A stretch of DNA of 60,314 nucleotides, the filler included, from Sphacelaria rigidula (taxonomy: Eukaryota), in the NCBI GenBank assembly GCA_964200075.2. It is 4 parts of 4 records of this genome, joined end to end, with 100 filler letters (N's around TTAATTAATTAA, not from the genome) between each part and the next. Parts side by side here need not be neighbours in the genome. Positions count along the whole stretch, not along the records: positions 15,106 to 30,109 come from CAXNAA020001949.1; 3 more parts are not named here. One strand, 5' to 3'. Shown here piece by piece: positions 17,476-30,209 of the stretch. The position numbers were made by a program, and so were the translations under genes. The number at the start of each line of letters is the position of its first letter. Position 1 is the stretch's first letter. The notes under the pieces are model-generated. The model did not search any database. It saw only the letters and a program-made list of their open reading frames with translations, and was not told the origin of the DNA.

Positions 17476-20400
17476 GTCTTGGAGCGTTGGGTTGACTTAA
17501 CTTCGCACTTAGTGATAGATTTTGCGTGGTATAGTTAAAAAGTCCACCTACCGGGTTCTCGCTAACAGCCCACAGCAAGGATCGGGTCACCGCCCACTCC
17601 TTCCAGAACGGTGCGAACATCGTCGTGAGAAGGACGGAGATCAGCAAGAGCATCCCGACCGTCCGAGGCGTGCCCACGCTCTTGATCGGAGTGTTTTCAT
17701 GATGACTCTGTGCGTCGAAATAAAGCACAACAATATACCCGCGATAGACAGTGCTTGTGGGTCAGCAAGCCGTCCTGGCTTCCATCATACCGCTCATCTG
17801 AACTGTGTTCACTGATCTTCCCGTTCCGAGCGGCGGCCGGAGCCAAAAGGGGCACCTCGTGATGTCCCCAAGACTGCAGGGTGCAGCGATAAGCATTGTC
17901 ACCGCGCTGAAATATATTCGGAAATCAAGCAAGTTCAGTTGTTTTCGAGCACAACACGGGGTGCTGGTCCCCTTTTTGTGCATAAAGCCCACCAAGTGCC
18001 ACCACAGCGAGAGAAGGGAAGCAAGATGGTCCGTAGAAGCACCGCTACGTGTGCAGTCACTCTCATCGGTCTACGACGTGTATTCATTTGTTTGGACGAT
18101 AGCGGTATACAGCGTTAACTTGCACCTGCGAAACTCTGCTGACTACTGTGCGTCTCGAGCATCGAGAAAACGCAGAGCCTGCCTATCCTTATCGCTGCTC
18201 TTCTCAGAGTACACTTAAAGGTTCACATGCGTTTTCCCCGGTTTACGCCTTTTCGTTGATGGAGAAAAAGGCAAACTCCCTTGCCGACGACTCGTAAGCG
18301 GAGCATACAATCTGGGACGAACTGCGAACTCCGAAACTTGGGCACAGCTCCTTAGACTCTAGTGTTCCGTTGGTGCAGCGTCCGCCTGGCCATACTTGGC
18401 GCATTCGAGCACGAGTTGTGGTTCCTCGTGAGAAATCGGGGTCCTCACTCAATCACGCATCAAGTGGAAACCCGAACACCCATGGGCAATTGGGTCGCCT
18501 CGTTCTCGAAGAGGGCAAACAGGTCTCAGAGAAACGCGCAATAAACGATATTTGACTGGTTCCGTGCCCATGTGCAGGTCTACCGAATGTCAACAGTCGG
18601 AGGACTCCAGTCGAAGAACGTAGTGGCTTTTCCAAGATATACATGTTGGAACTTTTGAGCCGACCTGAGACCAAGACACCACAAGTTGCGCCTGCCTGTG
18701 ACAGCGACTTGGCAGGCACAGAAATCCCCTGGGTAACGGTCAATACTACGCACGTGCTCGCCTGCTATACACAAGATATGGAGTCTGGAAAAAAGGCACC
18801 TACAGACAGCACGTGGGTAGGGAAAGGTGCCCACGGCGCCTGCAGTAAGCACACCGCGCGTTGCTCTTTCACCGCGTTGTTCACGATTTGCGTGGCTAAA
18901 ACTTTCCACACACCGCGGCAGTCATACGAATACAATGGCGACATCCATGAGTGCTCTCAGGCAGGTTTACCTGCCTCTCTCCTCCACTGCACATGGAGAA
19001 CAACATTCGGCACCGACATCTGGCTTTACCTGGGGAATGTTTTTCTCGACCTCTCGAATGGCTTCATATCATTTTTTGTGTCTCTTGGGGGTTTCGGCCG
19101 CCAAAACAACCGTAACCACTTCACGTATTGCGGAGTATCGTAACCATTCAGCTTTCCGCTCACCATGCATTTATCCAGTAACGGAGAAGGCACCTAATAA
19201 CGGAAGTGGATCGCTGGGCAGCCCTATGTACCAGTTTTGAAGCGACAGCTGGGCACGACTCCAACTTATTTCCTTGCAAACTCTCTGAACCCAGAATTCT
19301 GGGGAATTGGTCGTTGGAGCACATATATATATATATATATATACACAAACGTGTATAATGTGATCCTCGTTCCGGGAGGTGGCCTATCTCGGTTCTGCCA
19401 CCACACGCCGACTTTTCATTCAAACCCAAATTCCGAGGGATAAATTAAACTCATATACTGCAGCTGGCAGACGTTGAAAAGACCTCCGACACAGAATTGG
19501 GTTCACGTTTCTGGGGTTTTCATTTGGAATTAAAGCAAAGGATGTAACCCTCGTTGAAGGAACGATCGAACTAATATGCTGAATAGGAAGCACCAGCGAC
19601 TAACCTTTTGGAGTTTCCCGGAGACTACGTCGCACTATACAGAAAGGGCCTACGTAAAAAAACTAAAAAAATAAAAGTATCAGTGCATCCGAACAAGCTA
19701 CGTATGTGCATTGGAGCAACTTACTAGCTAATCCCGTTTCTGGTTGTTTTTTTGGCAAATGTTTCTGTAAGTCATAAAAGGCGGCGGGGCGGGATGGCAG
19801 GGGAGGGACAGATACTGCAGATAGGTCACCTACCCCCTGATTATCCAAACACGAAAGTATGAGCTTGATGAAACAGCACCAAAGTTTTGATGAACATTAA
19901 TTTTCTCACGTAGAACGAGCCGCAAGTCGTTGTGCGTCGAGCCATACGAATGAGTAAAACGATTGATTCGATGGATTGTCGCACGTGAATTGACCGGTTC
20001 AATATGAATCTAAACGCATTGGGCAAGAGATGGACGTAAGCACAGTTGCATCGCGGAAGCAGAAACACCAGGCAAGGAAAGATCTCGATAAAAGGGGGTC
20101 ATGGAGTGAAAAAGCGTATGCGAAGTAGAACACGAACAGATTAATCAGACGTAGCCGCTGGACTCCTCCCCCCCCCGTCACGCATACACGCCCGTCCCTG
20201 CCATGGCTTCACGCAAGAGGTCGTGCTAAAAGCAAGGCTGCGAAAACAGTGCGACTGTAGCCATCTAGAAACAACCGAAATTGAGCGGCCACGCTCAGTC
20301 GCCAACTTCGCACATAGGAGGCATACAGTAAACCACTGACATCATAGTGGTACGGCAGGCTTGGAACAAAGACGGGAAAATGTATAAGACGAGGGGGGAA

Positions 20401-20911
20401 ACACTAAACAATTAGAAGGAGGGAAATTAACAGAAGAGAACATAGGAGAAAAACAAAGGGGAAAGTGGAGAAGAAAAAAAAAGAAGGAAAAACAAGGAGA
20501 AAAGAAAATATGCAGAAGCAAAGGGAAACGTGAAGAAAAAAGGGAGATCTCCCGATCAGACAGGACAGAAGTATGCGGTTCCACGTAACCCCCACCCCTA
20601 ATCCCAACCCTTATTCCAATCATAGTCGAATACACAGCTGGTCACTCTCTTGCATTTAGTCCTGGCGGACTGCTGTTGCCGTCTTCGTGCTCACGGCGAA
20701 GACGGCCTACTATTCATATATAAAGGGGACGAGCTTACTCGAGTCACACGCAATTAAAAGCAAAACGGGGCACGAGTCTGACTCGAGTCATCACGAGTAC
20801 ACCCGAGGAAGTGAGCAAGGCGTTTCATATTATTAGCATCACAGCACGTCTTGTCTTTCACGTTCATGTTCCTGCAGGGGCTCAAACGCAGCCTTGTCAT
20901 ATATATATATA

Positions 20912-22714
20912 TATGTACATGTATCATTTCACTTTTGTCATCACTTTTACCGAGTTTTCTCTGGCGGCAAGGCGTCTCATCACGCGCTTACTTTTGCAGT
21001 GCGCGGAGAAGGCGCAGCGGTACATTACCCTTCAGGTTTGGGTGTCATCTGATACCTGTGGCGCGTGTTCTGGCCACCGAAAGTCGCCCGCACTGGCTCT
21101 TTTTTGCGGGGTGTCGATCCCGAACCACAAAAGCCTTCCCAAGTTCATGAAAAACTTCAAGCAGCAGGATGATGTTTGGCGGGGTATTTCCCCCCCGTGT
21201 TCCTCTTCGTCGGGTTCTTGTTCATTTGGGAGCACGACCACACCGCTTATGCCGCCACGAGAACATGAGAGCAATGCAGTTGAAAACAATTGAACATTGC
21301 CTTGGCCTTGGTCAGCAGCAAACACCAGACCGTGCGGTGAGCCTTTGCCGAGGTGAACAAGGCACACACGTGGGCAAACGTCCCTACTGTGGGCCACCTG
21401 CATTGACCAGCAAAGGGCGGTGCCGAACTCCCTGTGATCATGCAACCCGTAGGATGCACCTGTGTGAACTTCAGGTGCAGGGAATATCCTTGTGGCAGGG
21501 TTGACTGTGTAATGCGTGAGATCGTTCAACCTTTAGACTGCGAGATTAGTCTTTCTGGATCATGCATACGCTTCTTTACTTGAAATTGGTGCCGATTCCA
21601 CAGAAGACTGACCTCGCGGTCGAAGGATTGAGAGTAGAATTATCTTCTCGCTGCAGGACCGCGTGCTTAGGGGACCGCATCGGAATTTGAATGTCCCCAT
21701 GGTTAGGGTTAGGGTTAGGGTTAGGGTTAGTGTCGGGGTCATGGTCAGGGGCGTAATACCTGCAGGGACTGGCCCGATTGGTTTTGAAAAACGTCCATCC
21801 TGAGATGTTTTGAACTACGGCGCGGTCCTCTAAGCACGCGGTCCTCTCACGCATTACATACAGGTTTATCCTTGTGACAGGGATGACAGGGAGACTCATA
21901 CGAGTACGCACCTCATGTATCTCTCGACGGCTTAGTACTGTATTTTCAGTACAAGTCAAGCCTTACTTTGCTTGTGGATGTCCCCGCCGTGTCTGAACGA
22001 AGCAGCCTGAAATTGGCACAGAGGTAGACCACAACACAGACGGCATATTCCCGCATCGGCGGCACGTTTAACTCTTAGACAGCGAGAGTAGGTCATGTGT
22101 GGAGTCGGCATCAATTTGACTTAAATTAAGTATGCATGATCCAGGTAGACTACCCTCGCGGTCTAACGGTCAACGTGGTGCGCCAGACGCACGATTAATA
22201 TGGATTCAGGGCAATGCCATCGATAAGCCCTCAAAACAGACTCCCCTCGGCCCTGACTGTGTGAGATGTTAGTGAATGTATATGTGGACACGCAGATGCG
22301 CTCACTCCACATCATGACCTGCTGGGTGGCTCCTGCCCGGGCAGTAGCATCGATCCGTATTGGGTACACTCTGGATGATGTCATTCTACGCGATATCTAT
22401 CTTGGTATCGCCTGTAGAGGTACTCACTTCAGGAGGCACGGTCGTGCAAGCGCCGTCAGTGCTTTTACGCGCAGTGTATATTATGTACACGTATCACTTC
22501 ACCGCTTTTGCCGAGTTTTCTCTGGCGGCAAGGCATTTTTCCCCACACGTCCTGTTGCGGCGCACCGAAAAGGCTCAGCGGTACGTTACCGTTCAGGTTT
22601 TGGCGCCATCTGATACCTGAGGCGCGTGCTCTGACCATCTAAAGTCGCTTAAACTGGCCTTTTTTTGCGGGGTGTCAATCCCAAACCACAACCCCTCAAG
22701 ATCGTGAAAAACTT
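20912..22714. repeat. Diverged direct repeat pair (20912-21157 and 22482-22714)
   Basis: Shared blocks CCGAGTTTTCTCTGGCGGCAAGGC, CAGCGGTAC, CATCTGATACCTG, TTTTTGCGGGGTGTC.ATCCC.AACCACAA. Confidence 0.85.
21508..21858. mobile_element. Second copy of the TTAGGG-containing MITE; left TIR split by a ~134-bp insertion
   Basis: TGTAATGCGTGAGA (21508-21521) plus GGACCGCGTGCTTAGGGGACCGC (from 21656) is the reverse complement of the right end at about 21822-21858. (TTAGGG)n at 21701-21730. Confidence 0.75.
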
Positions 22715-23314
22715 GACAAAATATATTTTCGACTTGCGTCACCCCCGGGAGGCCCGCACCAACCTCCCGAAGGGGAACCTTGTATATATGTATATATTTT
22801 ACGTCTGCAGTCCGGTTCAAAGATGTTCATGAGTGATTTCTTTCGGCAAAGCCCTGCCTATCATGTGTACTTTCCGCACCAGCGGAGGTAGATATATCCG
22901 CCAGGCTGGGTGACTGTATCAAAAGCCTACTTTTGATGCAATACATGTCATTTTCGAGAGGAGGAAAGTGACGGTAAACCGAATTCTGGTGACGGCTGGG
23001 CATAGTTGAGTGATGGTTCAGGGAAACCAAGCCATGATCCGTTTTGGGACTTTTTTTACACCTGTCTAGCAGTTTAGACGTGACACGGCGAAATCACGTG
23101 CGGCTTTCCCGCAAGTCCAAACTCAAGCCAAGAATGACTCGGAATATTGAGGGGCATGTCAACTACAGATACGTCTGTAACAACGTCATGAAGCATCCCT
23201 TGGCTGGATGCTACAGTAATGCCGTGCACAATTCTTCCAGGGCTCTTGTCGGCAGCGGCAATTCATTCTTCACTGTACCGTACGGGCCATGGTGCCGTCT
23301 TCTCGTGACGTAGC

Positions 23315-23609
23315 GTGTACTCATCATCTTACACGCCGTAGTCATATGATCATTGACCTCGCATCCCTACAAAGCCGGGACGGAGCATGCAGGGTTGTCG
23401 CCAGATCAGGCTCGCCCTCAATCACCAAGCGCGAAGCGCTGTGACGTATTCGGCGAGTTCCATGAAGGGTAAGCTGCATTTTGCCAAGATTGTTCCGCCC
23501 AAAGCGCATTAAGTATCTTGCACATAGATGACAGCCTACAGTGAGTTACTTCATGTTTCGGCCTCGCCAATTCCAGCGACAGTCACGAGTTACACGCTGC
23601 CTCATGTGT
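23315..23609 (+). repeat. R1 repeat copy
   Basis: Direct similarity to 13946-14245. Confidence 0.85.
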
Positions 23610-24906
23610 ACCTCACCATTTTGTAAGATAGGCGTTGGTACTCGTAAAGGCACGGTAGCCTATGCGAGACGAAGAAAAGTGTGTGCGTAGAAAGTCAATA
23701 CCATTATCGGATGGATGTTTGGCGTTTGGTTGGGGTGGGTGGGGTTGGGAAAGGGAATTTGCTTGTTTTGGGATTTGTCGGCCGCGGGCAGTCAATTATT
23801 ATTATTATCATTATTATTATATCCATCACATTAGCTCGATCTCTCGAAACCGTGGTCACAGAGTGCAAGGAGCATACCCCCAATATACCCAAAACCGAAC
23901 AATATGGATCGAAAATAAATTACATAATTACACACAACTTGGGAATACTCAGACATGCGCTCGAAAATAGACGAGACGAAAAGTTTAATAAAGAGACAAA
24001 AGTGAGACAAACTAGACCTGCGGCCGAAAAGAGACGGTGAAAATATGTAGGGAGGGAGACAAAATGGGGGGAAAATGAGATGTGCAGTCGAAACCCGAAA
24101 AAATATCAATCTCGAAGCGCCTCCCGGTGAAGGTCATGAGATAAATCGTCATCTCCTTCGCGTCCTCGGCGTCGCACGAAGGCGGCACCCAGGAAAATAT
24201 TGGAAAGGCGCCGTTCACTCCTTCAGCTAAATATTTTAAAGCCTGCAGCATCAAGTTCAGTCTTGATCGCAAAGTTCCTCTCTCGACCACACCATAGGCT
24301 GCTCGATCGCGCACGTTGATTGAGGTTACAAGGGTTGACTCGTGCGTACCAAATAGTGCTGAGACGTGTATTGGAGCAATTGGCGGCTGCTTTTGAAACG
24401 AGGGAGGATATAGATAGATGGGGAAGGAGTTGCCAGCTCACAAACCACAAACGCGTTGATGGGAAACTTACTGCCACATTTCCGCATTACGGGATGACAT
24501 GACCGCGAAGGACGGTGTGGTCGGGTGGGGGTGAGAGACGGGGGGAAGGGTTACCAGGTTGCGAACCACAAATAACGTTACGCGACCACCCTAACGTTGT
24601 CAGCGATGGGAAAATGACTGCCCCATTACCACATTTAGACATAAACTGGCGGCGAGGTCGGACGCGGAGAGGGGTGTCACATCTCTACCTTAAATGGCCA
24701 CGAGGAATGGTGTGGTCAGATGAGGAGAGGAGGGTGGCAGGTTGCGAACGACAAACAGCACTAAGCGTACAGCGTAGCGTTATGGGGAAATTAGGTACTG
24801 CAGCATTCACACATTCCCATTCTTCTACATGACATAACCATGACGTACGACGGAAGGTGTGGTTGTAGATGGGGGAGGAGGGGTTGCTTCCACGAATAAA
24901 AGAGGT

Positions 24907-25247
24907 CATAGGTGTGTCAGACGACCCCCTAGCACACTCGCAGTGCGCTTGCCGTTGGGTAAAAATGGTGTCAAGCAGCATGAATGGGCGTTATTTATCG
25001 GTAACAAGCGCGTTTGAACAGCTGTTGGTTGCTGTTTTCCACGAATATTTGAGGTGACAGTTCGTCCTATAATTGGCGCAAAATACCCCCCCCCCTCCCC
25101 GCGCGCGCGCGCTATCGTAGCGCGACTCGATTGGGTAAGCATTTCCGCACCACGTAGAATGTTCTGTAACAAGCTCATCCGCACAGGCTCTCCTCGCCAC
25201 TCGCACACGTCCTCTCGCTTCCAACGATAGGAAGCAAAGGAACAAAG

Positions 25248-25337
<90 letters not shown>

Positions 25338-28300
25338 TACCTGGTTGCACCTTTTGAGCAAAGCGTGGTGCACTCGCCACGATTTTCCCATCGCGATTTT
25401 CGTACTACGGCACTCGTGTTTCAAAGCTATCTACACTGTACCGCATTCGCAATTCTTGGTACGCTACGATGTGGTACACGTGATCTGCGGTACGGTACCG
25501 AGCGAAGCCCTGCTTTTTTACTTTAATCTCACGAAATTCGCGTCCGTGACAGGAAAAACAAATGCCCGTACCATCACTCACCGCAACAATATACACGAGG
25601 TTTATGCAGAAACACATGGCGGTCAGTGCCAGCATGTGCACAGCGACCATCTCCACGAACTTGAGGATCATCAGCATTGCTGCATGTTCGTTGTCTGCCC
25701 AGCACACGTAGACCATCGAGCCTGTGACCAACTGGCTCACTTCGTATATAAGCCCGCTGCAAAAACCCCAGCGGCAGCAGCAGTAGCAGCAGCAACGACG
25801 ACGTCAACGACCACGATGGTGTGCGATTTCGATCGCGATGTTTGCCATCACACGGACAGTGTACGCGGAGGGAACCACGGGGAAAAGACGAACCCGAGAT
25901 GAGGGAAAGGAGGGGGAAAGCATCTTCATCAAGAATGGGTAGGCCACCTGGGCTGGTGTGCGGGAAAAAACCCCGCACCAACATGTGGCCAGTGCAGACT
26001 TTGGGTCATCGGTGTTTTGTTCTTGCTCGAAACGAGGACTGGGTACGTTCGGTCACTTCGAGATGATTTGCTCGACTCTCTCTAAAGGATATCAGCACTG
26101 ATCGGCGATCCCGTGTGCACGCGGTTTTTGACTCCGCTCCGGAATGATCGCGACTTCTTCCGAAACATAAGCTCGAAAATCTTGGAATTCACTATTACGA
26201 GGAACACGTCGTGGGCGTTGCTCGAGAAGAGGATGGAGAGACTTTTTTTTTTCCCTAGGTGAGAAGATAAGGGGTTTGTTATACCATCACTCGTGCATGG
26301 TCTCAGCATTCTAGTCATTCGTTTCCCGCCCCGATCGGCATCGCTATCTGTCCGTCACAGGCTAAAAGGTGGACAACAGCTCAGTGTCGCTCCTTCTCGG
26401 TATTAAGGAGGCAGTATTTTGGAAGGTTAGGCGTCGAGACAAGGCGCACCTCGTGTGTGATGATGCTAAAACCTCGAGTGCATTATTGGTTGATGCCACC
26501 GCCGAGAGTCAAAGCTACAGGCTTGGTGTCGCTAGACTCTCAGGGCGCTGTGTCGCTTGAAACTCTGGATATCAGCACGGACAGATTTTTCTTCATTGGA
26601 CAGTCGCTGTCTAATGATAATTAATGATGGAGGGCACGATATCAAATCGGTGAGGATGCAACGACGGATTCTGCCGCCTGTGTCATGATACTTAGCCCGC
26701 TCGACGATGAATGCTCGAAGCAACAACCCAGCGAACAAGCACCTTTTGGATTTGTTAAATATCTGAGAGTACCGGGCTCAACGTTCCCAGCCCAACTCGT
26801 GCGACAGCTAGACTTCAACATCCTCTGGCGCGAACTGTGGCTTCTGACAAGGACTCCTGCTTAGCTTTCTGGCGAGGGGGAACGTCCTCTCACACTTAGT
26901 GGCATCATTTCCGCGAAAGACATCATGCCAGTCTGAAAAGTCACGGAAGTGGTTGCTATGGTATTCTCCTCCCGATATCAAGTCAGAGGAAGGCGTATCA
27001 AGATTTGTACGTGAATATTTCGGGGGTCCAGCACCTTGCACTTCGCCGGACTCGATGGGGAAGTATTTTACTATCAAAGAGAATGACACGTTATGAGAAG
27101 TCTGGTCCCACGCCAGACACAGTCAGCAGTACGGTACTCGTGTGCACAGAGTGGCGCCTGTAGTCCTGACTGAGACCACTCAACCAATATTGTCACTACG
27201 TCCGGTGGGAGGGCAGGTTTCGAGTTGCAGCTACTTGTGATCTGCGGAGTGACGCTCCTCCTGTACCATTCTCGTTCCTCCACCGAGTCTCAATGCCTAC
27301 TGCGCTAGCTGTCTGTCCTGCTTGTGACGACCCCTCTTCCCACCGTGGTGTCTCGTCTGGACCCAATGCAATGAATACTGTGGGGCATGACCGCTTCAAC
27401 TGGAGCACTACAGTCGGTGTTAACTAAGAAAAGTCAAACAGAAACAAGCCAGACTATTTCCCAAAAGAAACAATATTGAGCCATTTGAGCGCAGGTCCTA
27501 GGTGGGAGAGAAGGGCGGGATCCTCTCATACGAAGAAGTATTGACGCGGTAGCACAAGGGGACTTTAGTCGTACCTTTTCCATCTTCAGGAGCATTGTCA
27601 CTCGTACGTTACTGGCCGAAACGTCTGATAATGTTTCCTGAGCGTACTTGGGGAGGGGATGAGACTATTTCAAAGGTTGGACAAGTCAATGATTCGTCTG
27701 GAAATCACTTGGTTTTAGTGTAATTGATTCGAATCGTACGATTCAATCCCTAGGCTTTGTTTTCAGCGTTGCAACCCAGGTACAAGCAGCCCAGACACGT
27801 GGAATGGCGCAAAAGTTGCGTGGATACCCGTTGGACCAGCGGTCAACGTTCTTCTTCCTTTTGGGCAATCAAGCCGAAGAAATCGTGGATTTGGTCATTC
27901 GAACCCGTGATGATTCGTCCAAACCGTGGACCATTTCACCCCCTGCGTCGCGGAAGAGGTTGAAATTCTCAGTGCGAAGTGTAAGCACCTTCGTGATACA
28001 CCTCTCGTCTCCAGGGGCGTCATTCATATGTTACAGGCCACAGGTGATATGATCCCCTGCGGAAGCATGGCTGAACGGGAGGAGTCGCTATTGTCTCCAA
28101 GGGGAGGTTATTTTCCATTATTTTCGCGCTCACTGTGACTTAAAAAAAATTCCACTGTTTCAATGCCACCTCCATTATAGTCAGCTTCATCTGCATTTGT
28201 CTACACATTCCGTGGAGATGGTATCCGTGGCTAGAGGTGACTTTCGGGCCGATTGTACGGGTTGCAGGAATTTATTGGGGGATGAAATTCGTGGACTTGA

Positions 28301-30006
28301 CATTCTGACGGGTATCCGGGTCTGCCGCGGACTTGGATATCCATCGAAATTTTTCAACGTGCATATTTTCTTTAAATTACGACACCCCGACGAATCAAGG
28401 GGGAACTACGAGCGCTGAAAATCTTAATACTGAGCGAGACGTCGGCAAGTGTGACTTGTGAATGAACAGCGTACATAGGAATGCTTTGTCTGGCCGCCTT
28501 CGTCGTATCATCCGCCACGGACGCGCTACTTCGCCAAAGTGCAAGGCACAAACCCTACCATTGTACTGTTGACTGATGAAGGTATGGGGCGTATCCATGG
28601 GTGGTATGCTATCCACGAGTGATTCATTTGTTGGTTTTCGGTCCACACGTCAAGTTTGAATGGGTGAAAAAAATGAGAGCGGCTGAAGTCGTCACGCACA
28701 CGCATATCATGAACGATCACGTACGTTATGCGGGAGATTCACGGAAGGGCTCCAGCTTCGCACGCCGCCGCACGGGCTTCCAAGTGTATCCCGGACCTAC
28801 AACCATTGACATGGTACCAACCGTCATGCCACAGAACATGGTGTGGGTTTGGTGGGGTGTCTTTTGCTGCCGTGTACTCGGATACGTGCTCTGCGATGAT
28901 TGTACAGTGTGACAAGCACAAAAACCTCAACGACGACTGACATGCGGGGAAAAGCGTGCACTATTCCATCGTATGTGTATACATATATACTCTAATGAGT
29001 CACGGCCAACAAACGTTTCAACACAAGAACAAACTCGACCCATCTGCTCGAGTGGTGCATTCTGCACTTCTTGAAGCTTTTGGAGGTTATGAAAGACTCA
29101 TACCGCAGGCACACCAGCATCGTTTATGCCATACAGCGCGGCGTGAGGTAGGTGTGGTGGCCTACGCTGGAGTATAGCCACCGGAAATATGGTTCGAAAC
29201 GATAAGAGAGGCAGCGTGAGACGCCTTGGCTTTGTGCGCAACATGGGATGGAGCAGTTCTTTTCTAAGACCCCCTCGCACACACAGCACGACCCCTCAGA
29301 CTTTAATGCAATATCATGAAATGACGTTCATCACCACGAGATAGCGGAGGAAGGAATCAACGACAGACTCAACGACAGACCATCGGAACGTTCTATTGAC
29401 GTAAAAATCGTGACCTTCCGCTTTCCCGCAGCTCGAGGATACCCAATTCCCGGCGAAGCAGACGTCCATGACCACAATGGGGAGTCTCCCGTGGTTTGTT
29501 GCATTTTGCTCTCCGTGAGCTCATCTTAGGTATGCGAAGTAAGCATTTTCTACACTCCTGAAAAGACTTCGAGAAAATACGTAAAATATGTTGATATGAT
29601 CGTATATTTTTGACATGAACGTCACCGTTGAGATACGAAGACAATATATTCACCTGGCACACCAATGACGCTTGTCCAGAGGTGCCTGTAAAGTTGCCTG
29701 CACCTCTTGGGGTCAGCCAGATCACCTCGCAAGAGTGCAGACCTGCTCGACCTGTGATTTCTGAACTCTCTAGTTCGGTCAAATAAAAAACTTTTTGACT
29801 GCAGAGCCATGCTACGACAGGGGGAGGGGGGGATATTTTGGGCCGTTTTCTTCCACGAAAAATCACTTCAATCGCCGTCGAACGCAGCCAACAGTTGTTT
29901 GGGCGTGCTTGCTCCCGACGAATAACGCTCGTTCGTACTGCTTTACACAGCTTTTACCCAACTTCAAGCGCACCGCGAGTGTCTTAGGCCGTTTGAGGCA
30001 TCTATG
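24907..30006. repeat. Diverged inverted repeat pair (24907-25125 and about 29810-30006) with CATAG...CTATG outer ends
   Basis: About 200-bp arms align in opposite orientation (TTTTACCCAAC..CAAGCGCAC.GCGAGTGT; ATAACGC.C.TTC.T.CTGCTT; GGGGAGGGGGG.TATTTTG). Confidence 0.75.
25249..25335. repeat. (CAA)n microsatellite
   Basis: Uninterrupted CAA run of about 85 bp. Confidence 0.98.
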
Positions 30007-30109
30007 GTTTATAGTTGCAGAATGTGAACTATACAAGGAGGAACGGGACGTGCTAGATGGGGAAATGCGGGACGTGAACGAAGATGGCATGAAATCGTTT
30101 GATGCATTA
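30007..30109 (+). mobile_element. Second fragment of the same LINE family (C-terminal region), cut by the contig end
   Basis: AGAATGTGAACTATACAAGGAGGAACGGGACGTGCTAGATGGGGAAATGCGGG matches the reverse complement of about 15410-15495. Confidence 0.8.
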
Positions 30110-30209
30110 NNNNNNNNNNNNNNNNNNNNNNNNNNNNNNNNNNNNNNNNNNNNTTAATTAATTAANNNNNNNNNNNNNNNNNNNNNNNNNNNNNNNNNNN
30201 NNNNNNNNN
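30110..30209. other. Artificial contig spacer
   Basis: Same 100-bp linker. Confidence 0.99.

Noticed and set aside
17640..17910. Two possible terminal exons on the minus strand
   Set aside because: Splice-like signals exist, but several frames are equally plausible and no upstream gene could be connected.
21701..21730. True telomere or chromosome-fusion site
   Set aside because: Only about 5 units, one orientation, and internal to a TIR-bounded element that has a second copy at 53171-53360.
24906..25424. Poly-Cys / poly-Leu ORFs
   Set aside because: Translations of the (CAA)n microsatellite.
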